A stretch of 64,000 nucleotides of DNA from positions 27,319 to 91,318 of the forward strand of contig CAVXUH010000014.1 in assembly GCA_963764885.1 (NCBI GenBank), given 5' to 3'. This document shows, in pieces, positions 48,576 to 59,392 of this stretch. Position 1 is the first letter of the stretch; every line of letters starts with the position of its first letter. The stretch is from Candidatus Aminicenantes bacterium (GTDB taxonomy: Bacteria > Acidobacteriota > Aminicenantia > Aminicenantales > UBA8522). Below the pieces are notes generated by a model. The model had not been told where the DNA came from. It saw only the letters and a program-made list of their open reading frames with translations, and did not search any database. A program made the translations under genes and the position numbers.

Positions 48576-49732
48576 GAACTCTCGTCTTCGTCCTTCCCCT
48601 CGCCCTCCCGGTCCACCTTGCTCATATTCTGCTCCATCTCCTCGAGGGCCATGTCCAGAGTGGACTGGATGCCCATCACGCGGAGCTTGAAGTTGTCGGG
48701 GTTGGTCGAATACCGGAGCCCCTGCTCGAAGGAGATATAACCGTCGCGATAGAGCTGAAAGATCGACTGATCGAAGGTCTGCATGCCGTACTGGGAAACA
48801 CCGGCGGTGATGGCGTCCCGGATCTGGCCCGTCTTTTCCTTTTCCTGGATGCACTCCTGGATATAGGGCGTGCTGATCATGACCTCGACGGCGGGGACGC
48901 GGCCCTGGCCGTCCATCCGCGGGATCAGCCGCTGCGAGACGACCGCCTTGAGGATGCTGCCGAGCTGCAGCCGGACCTGCCGCTGGTGGTGCGGGGCGAA
49001 CACGGAGACGATACGGTTGATGCTCTCGGGAGCGTCGAGAGTGTGCAGGGTGCTGAAGACCAGATGGCCGGTTTCGGCGGCCAGGATGGCCGTCTCGACC
49101 GTGTCCAAGTCGCGCATTTCGCCCACCAGGATGACATCCGGGTCCTCGCGGAGGGTCGCCCTCAGCCCCCTGGAGAAACTCGACACATCCATCCCGACCT
49201 CTCTCTGGCAAATGGTGCTCTTCTTGTCCTTGTGGAGATACTCGATCGGGTCCTCGATGGTGATGATGTTCTCCCGGCGGTTGGTGTTGATGTGATCGAC
49301 CATGGCGGCCAGGCTGGTCGTCTTGCCGCTGCCGGTCGTGCCGGTGACCAGGACCAGGCCGCGCTGATACAGCGCGATCTTCTCCAGGGCTTCCGGGAGG
49401 AGCAGCTGGCGGATGGTCTTGACCTCCAGCGGGATGATCCGGAGGGCGATGGCCACCGAGCCGCGCTGCATGAAGATGCTGCCCCGGAAGCGCCCGAACC
49501 CGGGAAGGCTGTAGGCCAGGTCGATATCGAAATCCTCTTTCAGCTTGGATTTCTGAAAATCGGACATCAGCTGCTCGCCCAGCTCCTGGGTGTCGTTGGT
49601 GGTCAGCCGGGGAAACGACGTCAGCGGGATCAGCGTGCCGTGGACCCGGATGATGGGATGGTTGCCGGCCTTAAGGTGAAGGTCGGAGGAATCCCGTTCG
49701 ATCGCGATTTTCAAGAGTTCATCGATTTCCAT
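48572..49732 (-). CDS. pilT: type IV pilus retraction ATPase PilT (twitching motility)
   Basis: 386 aa from ATG 49732. Walker A GTTGSGKTT, Asp box, Walker B ..ILVGEMRD.., His box ..VFSTLHT.., and the PilT-specific C-terminal AIRNLIRE-like region (..QIRDAITAG..). Confidence 0.9.
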   Translation of the reverse strand: MEIDELLKIAIERDSSDLHLKAGNHPIIRVHGTLIPLTSFPRLTTNDTQELGEQLMSDFQKSKLKEDFDIDLAYSLPGFGRFRGSIFMQRGSVAIALRIIPLEVKTIRQLLLPEALEKIALYQRGLVLVTGTTGSGKTTSLAAMVDHINTNRRENIITIEDPIEYLHKDKKSTICQREVGMDVSSFSRGLRATLREDPDVILVGEMRDLDTVETAILAAETGHLVFSTLHTLDAPESINRIVSVFAPHHQRQVRLQLGSILKAVVSQRLIPRMDGQGRVPAVEVMISTPYIQECIQEKEKTGQIRDAITAGVSQYGMQTFDQSIFQLYRDGYISFEQGLRYSTNPDNFKLRVMGIQSTLDMALEEMEQNMSKVDREGEGKDEDESS

Positions 49733-49752
49733 GCTCGCCTCCCTTTGCCAGA

Positions 49753-50682
49753 TTAAAGATAAGTCAGCCAGCGGAAGGTGTCCTCCCGCTCGCCGTTGAT
49801 GGTGGCGAAAAACGCGTCCTGCAGCTTCTTGACGATCGGCCCCCGGCGGCCCGAGCCGATGACGATCCTGTCGACCGACCGGATCGGGGTGATCTCGGCC
49901 GCCGAGCCCGTGAAGAAGACCTCGTCGGCGACGTAAAGCATTTCCCGGGGGATTGTCTCCTCGACGAGCTTCATGCCCAGCTCCCGGATCAGGGTGATGA
50001 CCGAGTCCCGGGTGATCCCCGGCAGGACGGACGAGGAAAGGGGCGGCGTATAGACCGTCCCGTTTTGAGCGAGGAAGATATTCTCGCCGCTCCCCTCGCT
50101 GATGTGGCCGCGGATGTTGAGGGCGATGCCCTCGGCGTAGCCGTCCAGGATGGCTTCCATCTTGATGAGCTGGGAATTCATATAATTGGCCCCTGCCTTG
50201 GCCAGGGCCGGAAACGTGTTCGGCGCCATCCGCCACCAGGAGGAGACGCAGACGTCCACGCCGCCCTCCATGGCATCGTCCCCCAAGTACTTGCCCCAGT
50301 TCCAGACGAGGATGGCGCAGTCCACGGGGTTCGGGAAGGGGTCGACGCCGAGCATGCGGTAGCCGCGGTAGACGATCGGCCGAATATAGCAGGACCGCAG
50401 GCCGTTGGCCCGGACCGTCGCAAGCACCGCGGCGTTGAACTCGTCCATCGAATAGGGGACGTCCATGCGGTACATCTTGCAGGAATTGAACAGGCGCTTG
50501 GTGTGCGCCTCCAGGCGGAAGATGGCGGTTCCCCTGGGAGTGTCATAGGCCCGGAACCCCTCGAAGAGAGAGCTCCCGTAGTGGACCACGTGGGAGGCGA
50601 TGTGGATGTTGGCCTCGTTCCAGGGAACGAGCCGGCCGTTCATCCAGACTTTTGCGTTTTCATCGAACGGGCTCATGGTCAC
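49753..50682 (-). CDS. ilvE: branched-chain-amino-acid aminotransferase (PLP fold type IV)
   Basis: 309 aa. Conserved ..[14 protein letters not shown].. and catalytic Lys region ..[14 protein letters not shown].., and ..[14 protein letters not shown].. Confidence 0.9.
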   Translation of the reverse strand: MTMSPFDENAKVWMNGRLVPWNEANIHIASHVVHYGSSLFEGFRAYDTPRGTAIFRLEAHTKRLFNSCKMYRMDVPYSMDEFNAAVLATVRANGLRSCYIRPIVYRGYRMLGVDPFPNPVDCAILVWNWGKYLGDDAMEGGVDVCVSSWWRMAPNTFPALAKAGANYMNSQLIKMEAILDGYAEGIALNIRGHISEGSGENIFLAQNGTVYTPPLSSSVLPGITRDSVITLIRELGMKLVEETIPREMLYVADEVFFTGSAAEITPIRSVDRIVIGSGRRGPIVKKLQDAFFATINGEREDTFRWLTYL

Positions 50683-50782
50683 CTCGCTGGAACGGACGGG
50701 AAGACGCCTCTTTCTCTCTGGAGCATATGAATTTTCATGTTATCGAAATCACCGGGCTAAGTCAAACCGGGCGCCTCCGGGG

Positions 50783-51721
50783 TCAGGCGGTCTCGCCGCA
50801 GTGCGGGCAGGTCCTGGACTTGAGGGGCAGCGGCCGCCGACAGTTCCAGCAGAATTCCTTCTTGGCCTGGTCCCGGGCCCGGATGCGGCTCATCATGTCC
50901 GCGATTTCCGGGAGCTTTTCGTCCCTCTTCTTCAGGGCGCCGAGGGCATGGATGAGCTCGGCGGGCTGGCGGTAGCGGTCCTCGACCTTTGAGGCCAGGC
51001 ACATCATGATAATTTCGTCGATTTCCCGGGGGATTTTTGAATTTCTGAGGCGAGGGGGCGTGATCTTACCCTGTTGGGCCCTCTCCAGGATCTTGAACGG
51101 GTCGGGGTCGAAGATCGGGGGACGGCCGGTGATCAGCTCGTAAAAAATGCAGCCGAGGGAGTAGATGTCCGACTGATAGCTGGCCTTGCCCAGGAACTGC
51201 TCGGGCGCCATATAGGGGGGGCTGCCGATGCGGGTGGAGGCGTAAGGAACGGTGTTCAGCCAGGCCGACGTCCCAAAATCCGTGATCTTGGCCATGCCCT
51301 CCTCTGAAACCATGATGTTGGAGGGCCGGAGGTCGCGGTGGATGATCTTGTTGTTATGGGCGTGCTCGACCCCTTGGGCGATCTGCCGGACCAGGTCGAC
51401 CGCTCGCGTCCAGTCGAGGGTCCCCTCCTTCTCCAGGACCTTTTCCAGGGTTTTGCCCTTGACGTACTCCATGACCATGAAGAAGATCCGGCTCTCTTTT
51501 TCAGCGGCGATCATCCGGACGATGTTGGGATGATTCAGAGCCGCCTGCAGCCGGGGCTCCTTCAGGAGCTTGTAGAGCTCCGCCGATTGCTTGTGCGGGA
51601 CCTTGATGGCCACCTTGATGTCCAGCCAGGTATCGCGCGCCAGGTAGACGGACCCGAACCCCCCGCTGCCCAGGGACCGGATGATCTCGTATTTGCCGAC
51701 CTTTTGGCCCTGAAGGAACAT
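50783..51721 (-). CDS. Hanks-type Ser/Thr protein kinase (cytoplasmic) with C-terminal C4 zinc ribbon
   Basis: Gly loop LGSGGFGSV, VAIK, catalytic loop HRDLRPSN, DFG, APE. The C-terminus reads ..FCWNCRRPLPLKSRTCPHCGE. No TM segment. Confidence 0.9.
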   Translation of the reverse strand: MFLQGQKVGKYEIIRSLGSGGFGSVYLARDTWLDIKVAIKVPHKQSAELYKLLKEPRLQAALNHPNIVRMIAAEKESRIFFMVMEYVKGKTLEKVLEKEGTLDWTRAVDLVRQIAQGVEHAHNNKIIHRDLRPSNIMVSEEGMAKITDFGTSAWLNTVPYASTRIGSPPYMAPEQFLGKASYQSDIYSLGCIFYELITGRPPIFDPDPFKILERAQQGKITPPRLRNSKIPREIDEIIMMCLASKVEDRYRQPAELIHALGALKKRDEKLPEIADMMSRIRARDQAKKEFCWNCRRPLPLKSRTCPHCGETA

Positions 51722-51722
51722 C

Positions 51723-52468
51723 TCAGCCCTTCCAGAAATGGGAGATCATGGCCAGGGCGGCGAGCGCCGCCGTCTCCGACCGCAGCGGCTTTTTCCCAAG
51801 GCTGACCGCCTCGAACCCCGCGGCCAGGCTCTCGGCCTCTTCCTCAGCCGTCCAGCCGCCCTCCGGCCCGACAGCCAGAAGAACAGTCTGGACTTCCGCG
51901 CTGTCGGTCCCCCCGGGCCCCCCGGGAGGATGTCTTTGAGGGCCGTCCCGCCGACTTCGGTGAGAATGAGCTTCCTGGCGGCCGGGCGGGCGCTCAGGAA
52001 AATGCGGAACGCGCTGGGCTCCTCGACCTCGGGAAGGGACGACCGGCGGCTCTGCTTGGCCGCTTCCCTGGCGATCTTTCGCCACCTCTCCATCCGCCCG
52101 CCCTCTCCCCCGCCCGCTTTGACGATCGCGCGGCTCGTGGCCAGCGGGATGATCGCGTCGACGCCGAGCTCGGTGGCCTTTTGTACGACCCAGTCCATCT
52201 TCTTGGATTTGAGAAGGGCCTGGCCGAGAACCAGCCGGACCGGCGTTTCTTCGGGGGGCACCTGGGCCAGGATCCTGAGAAGCGTTTCCGATTCTCGCAC
52301 TTCGATGATCTCCGCTTCGTAGGAGCTGCCGATCTCATCGACCAGCCAGACCTGTCGGCCGGGTTTCGCGCGAAGGACCTTGCTCAAGTGGTGATGTTCT
52401 TCGCCCTCCAGCCGGGCCAAGGGGAAGCGGAGGTTTTTTCGTTCGACCAGAAAACGCGTCGCTGTCAA
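51723..52468 (-). CDS. rsmE: 16S rRNA (uracil1498-N3)-methyltransferase RsmE; frameshift near 52030-52050
   Basis: Probable TTG start just after the dnaJ stop. PUA-like N-terminus ..RFLVERKNLRF..EEHHHLSKVLR.., then SPOUT domain ..LVLGQALLKSKKMDWVVQKATELGVD... The C-terminal ..VLLAVGPEGGWTAEEEA..AGF..VSLGKKPLRSETAALAALAMI.. is from another frame (ORF-track 51723..52085). Confidence 0.75.
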
Positions 52469-52476
52469 GGCGCTCT

Positions 52477-53607
52477 CTAGTGGATCACGTTCTTGATCTT
52501 GTCGATCAGGCTGCGGTCCGGTTCCTCCAGGTCCTCCCCCCGGAGGCCGGCCAGGCGCTGGAAGAGGGCTTTCTCCTCCTTGTTCAGGTTTTCGGGCGTT
52601 CTCAGGGCGACCCTCACAAAGAGGTCGCCCTTGCGGTGACTGCGAAGGTCCTTGATCCCGCGGCCCTTCAACCTGAAAACTTCCCCCGTCTGGGTTCCGG
52701 GCGGGATCTTCAGCCGGTCCGTCCGGCCGTCGAGACCCGGCACCTCGACCGTGGCGCCCAAGGCGGCTTGGGCAAACGAGATCGGGACCTCGCACAGGAG
52801 ATTCCCTTCTTGGCGCTCGAAAAGGGGGTGCTTGGCCACCCGGACGACGACGTACAGGTCTCCCCTTGGGCCCTGGGCATCGCCGGGCTCGCCCTCACCT
52901 TCCAAGCGAAGACGTGAGCCTTCGTCGACGCCGTCGGGGATCCGGATCTTCAGGCTGCGCTTCGCCTTGACCCGCCCGGACCCGCGGCACTCTTTGCAGG
53001 GCGAGGGGATGATTTCCCCTGAGCCCCGGCAATGGGAACAGGTGCGGGCGACGGTGAAGAACCCCTGCTGATAGCGGATCTGCCCCCGGCCCTGACACGT
53101 CGGGCAGGTCGTCTTGCGGGTCCCGGGCTCGACCCCGGAACCGCTGCAAACAGGACACGACTCGGCCCGGGCCAGGCTGACCTCCTTCTCGGCGCCGGCC
53201 GCCGCTTCCTCGAGCGAGATCTCGAGCTCGAGGGCCAGGTCGCGGCCGCGCTGGGGCCGGCCGCGGCGCCGCCGCTCCCGCGTGCCGAACATATCGCCGA
53301 ACCCGAAGAAGTTGCCCAGGATGTCCTCGAAATCCTCGAAAACGGAGGCGTTGAAACCCGAGAACCCGCTGAAGCCCTCGCCGCGCAGGCCCTCGTGTCC
53401 GAACCGGTCAAAGGTCGCCCGCTTCTCGCCGTCCCCGAGAACGCTGTAGGCTTCCGCGGCCTCCTTGAATTTGTCCTCGGATTCCTTGCTGCCCGGGTTC
53501 CGGTCCGGGTGGAATTTGAGCGCCAGCTGACGATAAGCCTGCTTGATCTCCTCCTGGGAAGCGCTCCGGGATACGCCCAGGACTTCGTAATAATCTCGCT
53601 TCGTCAT
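52477..53607 (-). CDS. dnaJ: molecular chaperone DnaJ
   Basis: J domain with HPD (..[12 protein letters not shown]..), a G/F-rich region, four CxxCxGxG zinc-finger repeats, and the C-terminal dimerisation domain. 376 aa, intact. The start overlaps the dnaK stop. Confidence 0.95.
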   Translation of the reverse strand: MTKRDYYEVLGVSRSASQEEIKQAYRQLALKFHPDRNPGSKESEDKFKEAAEAYSVLGDGEKRATFDRFGHEGLRGEGFSGFSGFNASVFEDFEDILGNFFGFGDMFGTRERRRRGRPQRGRDLALELEISLEEAAAGAEKEVSLARAESCPVCSGSGVEPGTRKTTCPTCQGRGQIRYQQGFFTVARTCSHCRGSGEIIPSPCKECRGSGRVKAKRSLKIRIPDGVDEGSRLRLEGEGEPGDAQGPRGDLYVVVRVAKHPLFERQEGNLLCEVPISFAQAALGATVEVPGLDGRTDRLKIPPGTQTGEVFRLKGRGIKDLRSHRKGDLFVRVALRTPENLNKEEKALFQRLAGLRGEDLEEPDRSLIDKIKNVIH

Positions 53608-55184
53608 TTGGCCGTCGGGACCGTCCCCGGGCGGGTTTCCGATCTCTTGATGATGTCGTCGATCTCGCCCCTGGTCAATCCGGAGGAGGCGCGGATTTCG
53701 ACTTCCCGCTTCATCCCCGTGACGGCGTCATGGGCCGAAACCTTGAGAATTCCGTCCGCGTCGATCTCGAAGGTCACATCGATCTGGGGAACGCCGGCCG
53801 GGGCGGGCTGGATGCCCACGAGGTCGAACCGGCCGAGCGATTTGTTCTGGGAGGCGGCCGAACTCTCCCCCTGGAGGACGTGGATGGTGACCCGGACCTG
53901 ATTATTTTCGACCGTGGTGAAGGGCATGGTCTTTCTGGTCGGGATGGTCGCGTTGCGCTCGATGATCTCCTGAAAAGTATCGTTCTCGGTCTCGATCCCG
54001 AGGGAGTGCGAAGCCACGTCGAGAAGAACGACGAGCTCGCTTTTGTCGCCTTTCAGGATGGCCGACTGAATGGCGGCGCCCATGGCGACGATCTCGTCGG
54101 GATTGATGCCCTCGCACGGTTTCTTGTTGAAGAACTCGGCGATCGTCTGGCGGATGAGGGGCATCCGGGTCTGGCCGCCGACAAGGATGAGCTCTTGGAT
54201 ATCCTGCGGCTCCAGCCGGGCGTCGGACAGGGCGCGCTCGATGAGCGGGACGGTCTGCTTCACCAGGTCGCGGGTCAGATCCTCGAGCCGGCCGCGGGTG
54301 AGCTTGATGTTGATGTGCTTGGAGCCGGCCGGCGTGGACGAGATGAAGGGCAGGTTGATATCGCTTTCGAGAACGAACGATAGCTCCCGCTTCGCCCGCT
54401 CGGCCGCTTCCTTGATCCTCTGCAGGGCCAGCTTGTCCTGGAGGAGGTCGATGCCGTGGTCCTTCTTGAAGCCTTCGACGACCCAGTCGACGATCCGGTT
54501 GTCGAAATCCTCGCCGCCGAGGTAAGAATCGCCGCTCGTGGCCAGGACTTGGAGGACCGGGTCCTGGATCTCGAGCACGGTGATGTCGAACGTCCCGCCC
54601 CCCATGTCGAAGACGGCCACCTTGGCGTTGCTCCGGGCGTGCATCCCGTAGGCCAGGCTGGCCGCGGTCGGCTCGTTGATCACCCGCAGGACGTTGAGGC
54701 CGGCGATGGTGGCCGCATCCTTGGTGGCCTGCCGCTGATGGTCGTTGAAATGGGCGGGAACCGTGATCACCGCTTCGGTGACCGGCTCGCCGAAGTAGGA
54801 CTCGGCGCACTTCTTGAGGTAGCCCAGAATGATGCCGGAGATCTCCTGGGGCGTGATCGGCCGCGAGTCGACCAGGATGACCACGTCGCCGTTGGCCGCC
54901 GCGCCCAGTTCGTAGGGCATCTTTTTTCGCGCCTCGCGGATCTCTTCCGAATCGAACTTCCGCCCGATCAGCCGCTTGACCGCGAAAACGGTCTTATCGG
55001 GGTTGGTGATCGCCTGGCGAAGGGCGAGGTTGCCGACCAGCTGCTCCCCGCTCGAGGTGAAGCTGACCACGGAGGCCGTCGTGGTCTGGCCCTCGAGGTT
55101 GGGGATGACCACCGGCCGGTCGCCGTCCAGGAAGGCCATGCACGAGAATGTCGTGCCCAGGTCGATCCCGATCACCCGGCTCAT
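53604..55184 (-). CDS. dnaK: Hsp70 chaperone DnaK, naturally lacking the C-terminal alpha-helical lid (ends ~20 aa after the beta-sandwich SBD)
   Basis: 526 aa. A complete NBD ([11 protein letters not shown].., ..[13 protein letters not shown].., ..LVGGQTRMP..) and SBD-beta (..[14 protein letters not shown].., ..[18 protein letters not shown]..) are present. It ends ..[31 protein letters not shown]. The dnaJ ATG overlaps this stop, so no space for a lid exists. Confidence 0.85.
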   Translation of the reverse strand: MSRVIGIDLGTTFSCMAFLDGDRPVVIPNLEGQTTTASVVSFTSSGEQLVGNLALRQAITNPDKTVFAVKRLIGRKFDSEEIREARKKMPYELGAAANGDVVILVDSRPITPQEISGIILGYLKKCAESYFGEPVTEAVITVPAHFNDHQRQATKDAATIAGLNVLRVINEPTAASLAYGMHARSNAKVAVFDMGGGTFDITVLEIQDPVLQVLATSGDSYLGGEDFDNRIVDWVVEGFKKDHGIDLLQDKLALQRIKEAAERAKRELSFVLESDINLPFISSTPAGSKHINIKLTRGRLEDLTRDLVKQTVPLIERALSDARLEPQDIQELILVGGQTRMPLIRQTIAEFFNKKPCEGINPDEIVAMGAAIQSAILKGDKSELVVLLDVASHSLGIETENDTFQEIIERNATIPTRKTMPFTTVENNQVRVTIHVLQGESSAASQNKSLGRFDLVGIQPAPAGVPQIDVTFEIDADGILKVSAHDAVTGMKREVEIRASSGLTRGEIDDIIKRSETRPGTVPTAK

Positions 55185-55892
55185 TCCGGCTCACCTTTCT
55201 TGGGGACGAGGACCTTGACGAGCGCCGGCCGCAGCAGCCGGTCGTTGAGGCAATAGCCGCGCTGCAGCTCCTCGCGCTACTTCGGGCTCGGTGACGTCCG
55301 CCGACTCTTCCGTCAGGACGGCCTGCTGGACCGCAGGATCGAAAGCCTTGTCTTTGGTCTCGACGGGACGCACTCCCTTTTTTTTCAGCAGGTCGAGGTA
55401 CTGACGATGGATCATCTCCACGCCTTCCTGGAAACTCTTGCCGCTCGCCTCGTCGCGGTTCTGGAGCGCCCTTTCGAAGTTGTCCAGGACGCCCAGCAGC
55501 TCTTTCAGAAAATCGCCCAGTGCGTACTGGATGTAGTCCTGCCGGTCCCGGTCGAAGCGCTTCCGGAGGTTCTCCATCTCGGCGAGCTTTCTGAGGTACT
55601 TGTCCTGGAGCTCGTCCCGCTCGGCCCGGACGGTCTTGAGCTCCGCTTCCTTCTGCTTCAGCTTGCCCTTCAGCCGCCGGTCGCCCTCGCCGTGGGGCTT
55701 GCCGGAGGGTTTTTCGGACGGTTCCCGGGATTCCGCGCCGGCTGGCGGCTGTTCCTGTTCGAAGGGGACATATTCGACCTCGTCGCCCGGCTCTTCCAGC
55801 CCTTCGATATCCGCAGGCTCGTCCGGCTCGCCGGGCCCGCTGCCTTCCGGGGGGATCTTTTTCGTCTTGGGGTCTTCGTCGTCTGTTGCCAT
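55181..55892 (-). CDS. grpE: nucleotide exchange factor GrpE; frameshift near 55250-55270
   Basis: Acidic N-terminal tail, long helix ..KLKQKEAELKTVRAERDELQDKYLRKLAEMENLRKRFDRDRQD.., and beta-domain ..GVRPVETKDKAFDPAVQQAV... The last ~30 aa read correctly only in the shifted frame (..[30 protein letters not shown]), whose TGA overlaps the dnaK ATG. The start is taken at ATG 55892, overlapping the hrcA end. Confidence 0.8.
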
Positions 55893-55902
55893 CTTCAAGC
55901 CC

Positions 55903-56958
55903 TCACAAGGCCTCGCTGATCGTCTGGCTGAGCCGCTTGGCCACCTGGTCGACAAGAGGGATGATCCGCCGGTAGGGAATCCTCTTGGGGCCGATGATGC
56001 CCAGCGTGCCGAGCACCTGGTTGTTATAGCCGTAATGAGACAGCACCAGGGCGCAGTCCGCGGCGTCCGGCAGGTTCGTCTCGGCGCCGATCAGGACCTT
56101 GACCCGGTCGAGGCTGATGAAATCCGAGAGCAGCTTGGCGAGCTTGATCTTTTCCTCGAAATTCTCGAACAGGGACTTCAGATTTTCCATATTGAAGAGG
56201 TCCGGCTTGTCCAGGAAGCTGGCCGCTCCCTGGAGGAAGAGCTGGCCTTCCGTCTCTTCCCGGATCATGTAGTCGCGCAGCATGGACGTCAGCTTTTCCA
56301 TCTCGTTTTCATAGCTCTGCCGGTGCCTCGGCAGGTCCTGGACGAGGATATCACGGACCAGGCTCAGGTTCTGTCCGCGGAAGCGCTGGTTGATGTACTG
56401 GGAGGCGCGGTCGAGCTCCAGCTGGGTGAAGTGGTGGCGGGCGTCGACGATATCCGTGAGGACCAGGTTGAAGGTCGTCATCAGGATGATCATCACCCGC
56501 TCCTCCGAGATCTTGATCAGCCGGAGGTGATTGAAGTTGACCCTCGAGATGCGCGGCGAGATGACGAACCCCAGGTTGTCCGAGCGCTCGGCCAGGAGGT
56601 GGGATACCCTGTTGAGGAATGTCCCGAGATCGCCCTTCCTCAGGCCGAATTCCGGGGAGTCGAACATCGCCGAGGGACCGCTCGAAAAGATCGTCTCGTC
56701 GAGCAGGCTGTTGACGTAGAACCTCAGGCCGATGTCGGTGGGAACGCGCCCCGCCGAGGCGTGGGGCTGGGCGAGATAGCCCATCTCCTCGAGCTTGGCC
56801 ATGATGTTCCGAATGGTCGCCGGCGAGTCGGGAACGACTTTCTTCTGGACGATGAACCCCGAGCTCACGGGCTGGCCGAGCTTGAGGTATTGCTCGACGA
56901 TCGTGTCCAGAACGACCTTGTCTTTTTCGCGGAGAACCAGGTTCACAGACTTGGGCAT
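55903..56958 (-). CDS. hrcA: heat-inducible transcription repressor HrcA
   Basis: 351 aa from ATG 56958. N-terminal winged HTH (..LDTIVEQYLKLGQPVSSGFI...), and the HrcA C-terminal domain ..LVLSHYGYNNQVLGTLGIIGPKRIPYRRIIPLVDQVAKRLS... The first 58 codons of ORF-track 55903..57132 are read-through. Confidence 0.9.
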   Translation of the reverse strand: MPKSVNLVLREKDKVVLDTIVEQYLKLGQPVSSGFIVQKKVVPDSPATIRNIMAKLEEMGYLAQPHASAGRVPTDIGLRFYVNSLLDETIFSSGPSAMFDSPEFGLRKGDLGTFLNRVSHLLAERSDNLGFVISPRISRVNFNHLRLIKISEERVMIILMTTFNLVLTDIVDARHHFTQLELDRASQYINQRFRGQNLSLVRDILVQDLPRHRQSYENEMEKLTSMLRDYMIREETEGQLFLQGAASFLDKPDLFNMENLKSLFENFEEKIKLAKLLSDFISLDRVKVLIGAETNLPDAADCALVLSHYGYNNQVLGTLGIIGPKRIPYRRIIPLVDQVAKRLSQTISEAL

Positions 56959-57222
56959 GGCAAAAATTTTTATAGCATTAAAGGGAGAAAATTGCAACGC
57001 AGGGCAAGGACCAGGGCATTGGTTCCGGCCGCTGCCATCTCCACATACCTGCCCTCGCTCTGCTTTGTGCCGGAGGGCCAAGGAAGCAGCCCCCACATCG
57101 TGCCACCCTCGCATTGACGCCGGCAACATCACGGAACTGGAGATATCGTCTGCGACACTTGAGCCTCAGTGCCTTTTCCTGCCCTCCCTCAGATGGCCGG
57201 GGCAGGCAATAGGGGCGGGAAA

Positions 57223-58029
57223 TCAAAGGATGCGGAGGCCGGCGTAGCCGACGACGCTCTGATAGTCCCCGAGCGCGTCGCCGGAGGTCTGGTAACGGAC
57301 GAGCTCGGCGGCCCGGGCCCCCAGCTTCTTCGCGGCCAGGATGACCGCCGTCGTCGGCTGGAAGCCGCACATGCTGATATTCTTCTCCAGGACGACGTCA
57401 TAGAGCCCCCGGGCATCGAGCGCGAGCATCCTGTCGATGGCCAGGAAGTCGAGCTTCCTGGCCGTTTCCTGGCTCACGTAGTGGCTCATATCGGTGCTCG
57501 AGACCAGCAGTGCCCCGCCCTTGGATTGCCCGATGGCATCCGCCAGGGTGCCGGCCAGGCTCTCCAGGTCGGCGTAATCAGCGGCCGGAGAAACGCAAAT
57601 GGGGACGATCGAAAAGTCCTTCCTCAAGCACTGGAGAAAAGGCAGCTGAACCTCGAGGGAGTGCTCCGAGGCGTGGCCTACCGCGTCTTCCTCGACGAGG
57701 GGTGACCGCTCGAGGATGGCCCCGGCCAGCCCGGCGTCCACCGGCACTTCCCCGAGCGGCGTCTGCCAGCCTCCCTCGGCCATGATCCCGAACACGGCGC
57801 GGATCCCCCGGTGGCTCGGCCCCAGGATGATGACAACTCCGGGGATCTCCACCGAGGAATAGACCGCGCCGGCCACGCCTCCGGAAAAGATGAACCCCGC
57901 GTGGGGGGAGATGACCGCCAGCGCTTTCTTCTTTTTGGCCCTGGGGTCGACCATTCCCTCGACCATGGCCCTGAGCTCGTCGGCCTTCCTGGGATAGAAT
58001 TGCCCGGCCACCGCCGGCCTTCTCACCAT
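57223..58029 (-). CDS. AmmeMemoRadiSam system protein B (MEMO1-family)
   Basis: 268 aa. ..QFYP..LRAMVEG.. start, conserved His/Asp metal ligands (..ISPHAGF.., ..GPSHRG.., ..HSLEVQLPFL..), and ..SSTDMSHY.. Confidence 0.85.
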   Translation of the reverse strand: MVRRPAVAGQFYPRKADELRAMVEGMVDPRAKKKKALAVISPHAGFIFSGGVAGAVYSSVEIPGVVIILGPSHRGIRAVFGIMAEGGWQTPLGEVPVDAGLAGAILERSPLVEEDAVGHASEHSLEVQLPFLQCLRKDFSIVPICVSPAADYADLESLAGTLADAIGQSKGGALLVSSTDMSHYVSQETARKLDFLAIDRMLALDARGLYDVVLEKNISMCGFQPTTAVILAAKKLGARAAELVRYQTSGDALGDYQSVVGYAGLRIL

Positions 58030-58055
58030 GGGAGCCTCCTTCAGACCGCCGGCGA

Positions 58056-59375
58056 TCAGAGCGCCAGGCGCTTTTCCTTGAAAGCGATCCCGAGGTTCCC
58101 GAGCTCCTCCTGGATCGGCTTGTAGATATCCGGAAGCACGGGAATGTGGACGCCGGTCTCCTTGATCTTGCCCTCGAGGATCATCCGCGTGCCGATGGCG
58201 GCGGGCAGCCCGACCGTCCTGGCCATCGAAGAATCCCCGTGGGGGATGCCGTAATCGACGAGCGTGGAGATGATCTTTTCCCTACGGTTCCCGGGGTAGG
58301 CGGCGATGAACTCGTGCTGGAGGATGACCATGTCCCGTTCCCCGTCGGCATAGGAGAGCTTGTCGATCATGCGGGCGCCCAGGTTATCCAGGGCGGAGGC
58401 CTTCGGCACGGGCAGCGGGTCCTCGCCGAACAGACCCAGCCACTCGAGCCGGCGGAAGATGGCGAGGCCCGGATGGAGCCCCAGACGCTCGGAGACGACC
58501 TTTCTCAAGTCCCTGGAACGTGTCCCCAGGAGCTTCCTCAGGAGGCCGGCAAAGGTCATGCCCGTCCGGTCTTTTTCCTCCGGGTCCAGGACGCCGAGCC
58601 TAACCATGGTGCGGATCGTTTCGCACCAGCCCAGGTTCCTCAGCGTGCCGCGGAGGATCGTCTTCGTTTCGGGAACGCCATAGAGCTTGGCGTATTGAAC
58701 GGAATTCCGGTTGGGATAGCCTTCGAACACCCCCAGACCCTCGATCGTCCGGAGCTCGTAGCTTTCGAATAGCTTGTCCGCCGGGATCAGGACCTTTTTC
58801 CCGTCCATCAAGTACTCGGCAGAGTTCTTGCCGGCCAGCAGCACGCCGACCGGGCTCCAGGAGAACTTGTATCCGAACGGGTTGGTGTTGGCTTCGGGAG
58901 CGGGCAGGCCGCCGCAGAACGAAACGAAGCTCTTGAGCTTGCCGCCCCGATCGTGGATCTCGTCGATGATGCGCATCGCCTCCATGTGATCGATGCCCGG
59001 GTCGAGTCCGAGCTCGTTCAGGATGAGGACCCCGGCTTTTTTCGCCGCGCCGTCAAGCTTCTTCATCGCATCGCTGACGTAGGACGTGGTCACCATCGGT
59101 ATCTGCCGGGCGATGCACAGCTCGGCGACCTTGGGGTGGAAAGCGTACGGGACCAGGCTGATGGCGATGTCGGCCCGGGCGATCTCGTTTTTCAGCGCCT
59201 CATCGCTCTTCAGGTCGAGCTCTTTGGCCACGCCCCGGGGATGGCCTTCGATGAGCTTCTCGGCCTTGCTCACGGTCCGGCTGGCCACTTCGACCTGGAA
59301 ATCGGGCTGGTCGAGAAGATATCGCACCAGGGGCCGGGCCACGAGACCGGCTCCGAGGATCAGGACTTTCTTCAT
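58056..59375 (-). CDS. saccharopine dehydrogenase-like (SDH, NAD(P)-binding Rossmann + C-terminal Sacchrp_dh_C) protein
   Basis: GxGxxA at MKKVLILGAGLVARPLV. Sequence along the whole 439 aa matches homospermidine/saccharopine dehydrogenase family enzymes. Confidence 0.8.
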   Translation of the reverse strand: MKKVLILGAGLVARPLVRYLLDQPDFQVEVASRTVSKAEKLIEGHPRGVAKELDLKSDEALKNEIARADIAISLVPYAFHPKVAELCIARQIPMVTTSYVSDAMKKLDGAAKKAGVLILNELGLDPGIDHMEAMRIIDEIHDRGGKLKSFVSFCGGLPAPEANTNPFGYKFSWSPVGVLLAGKNSAEYLMDGKKVLIPADKLFESYELRTIEGLGVFEGYPNRNSVQYAKLYGVPETKTILRGTLRNLGWCETIRTMVRLGVLDPEEKDRTGMTFAGLLRKLLGTRSRDLRKVVSERLGLHPGLAIFRRLEWLGLFGEDPLPVPKASALDNLGARMIDKLSYADGERDMVILQHEFIAAYPGNRREKIISTLVDYGIPHGDSSMARTVGLPAAIGTRMILEGKIKETGVHIPVLPDIYKPIQEELGNLGIAFKEKRLAL

Positions 59376-59392
59376 CTTGCGCTCCTTTATGG

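Noticed and set aside
56959-57222. CIRCE heat-shock operator upstream of hrcA
   Set aside because: Only a degenerate AT-rich pseudo-palindrome (TTATAGCATT..N9..AAATTGCAA) and an unrelated CACTTGAG-CCT-CAGTG repeat were found. Neither matches TTAGCACTC-N9-GAGTGCTAA well enough to annotate.
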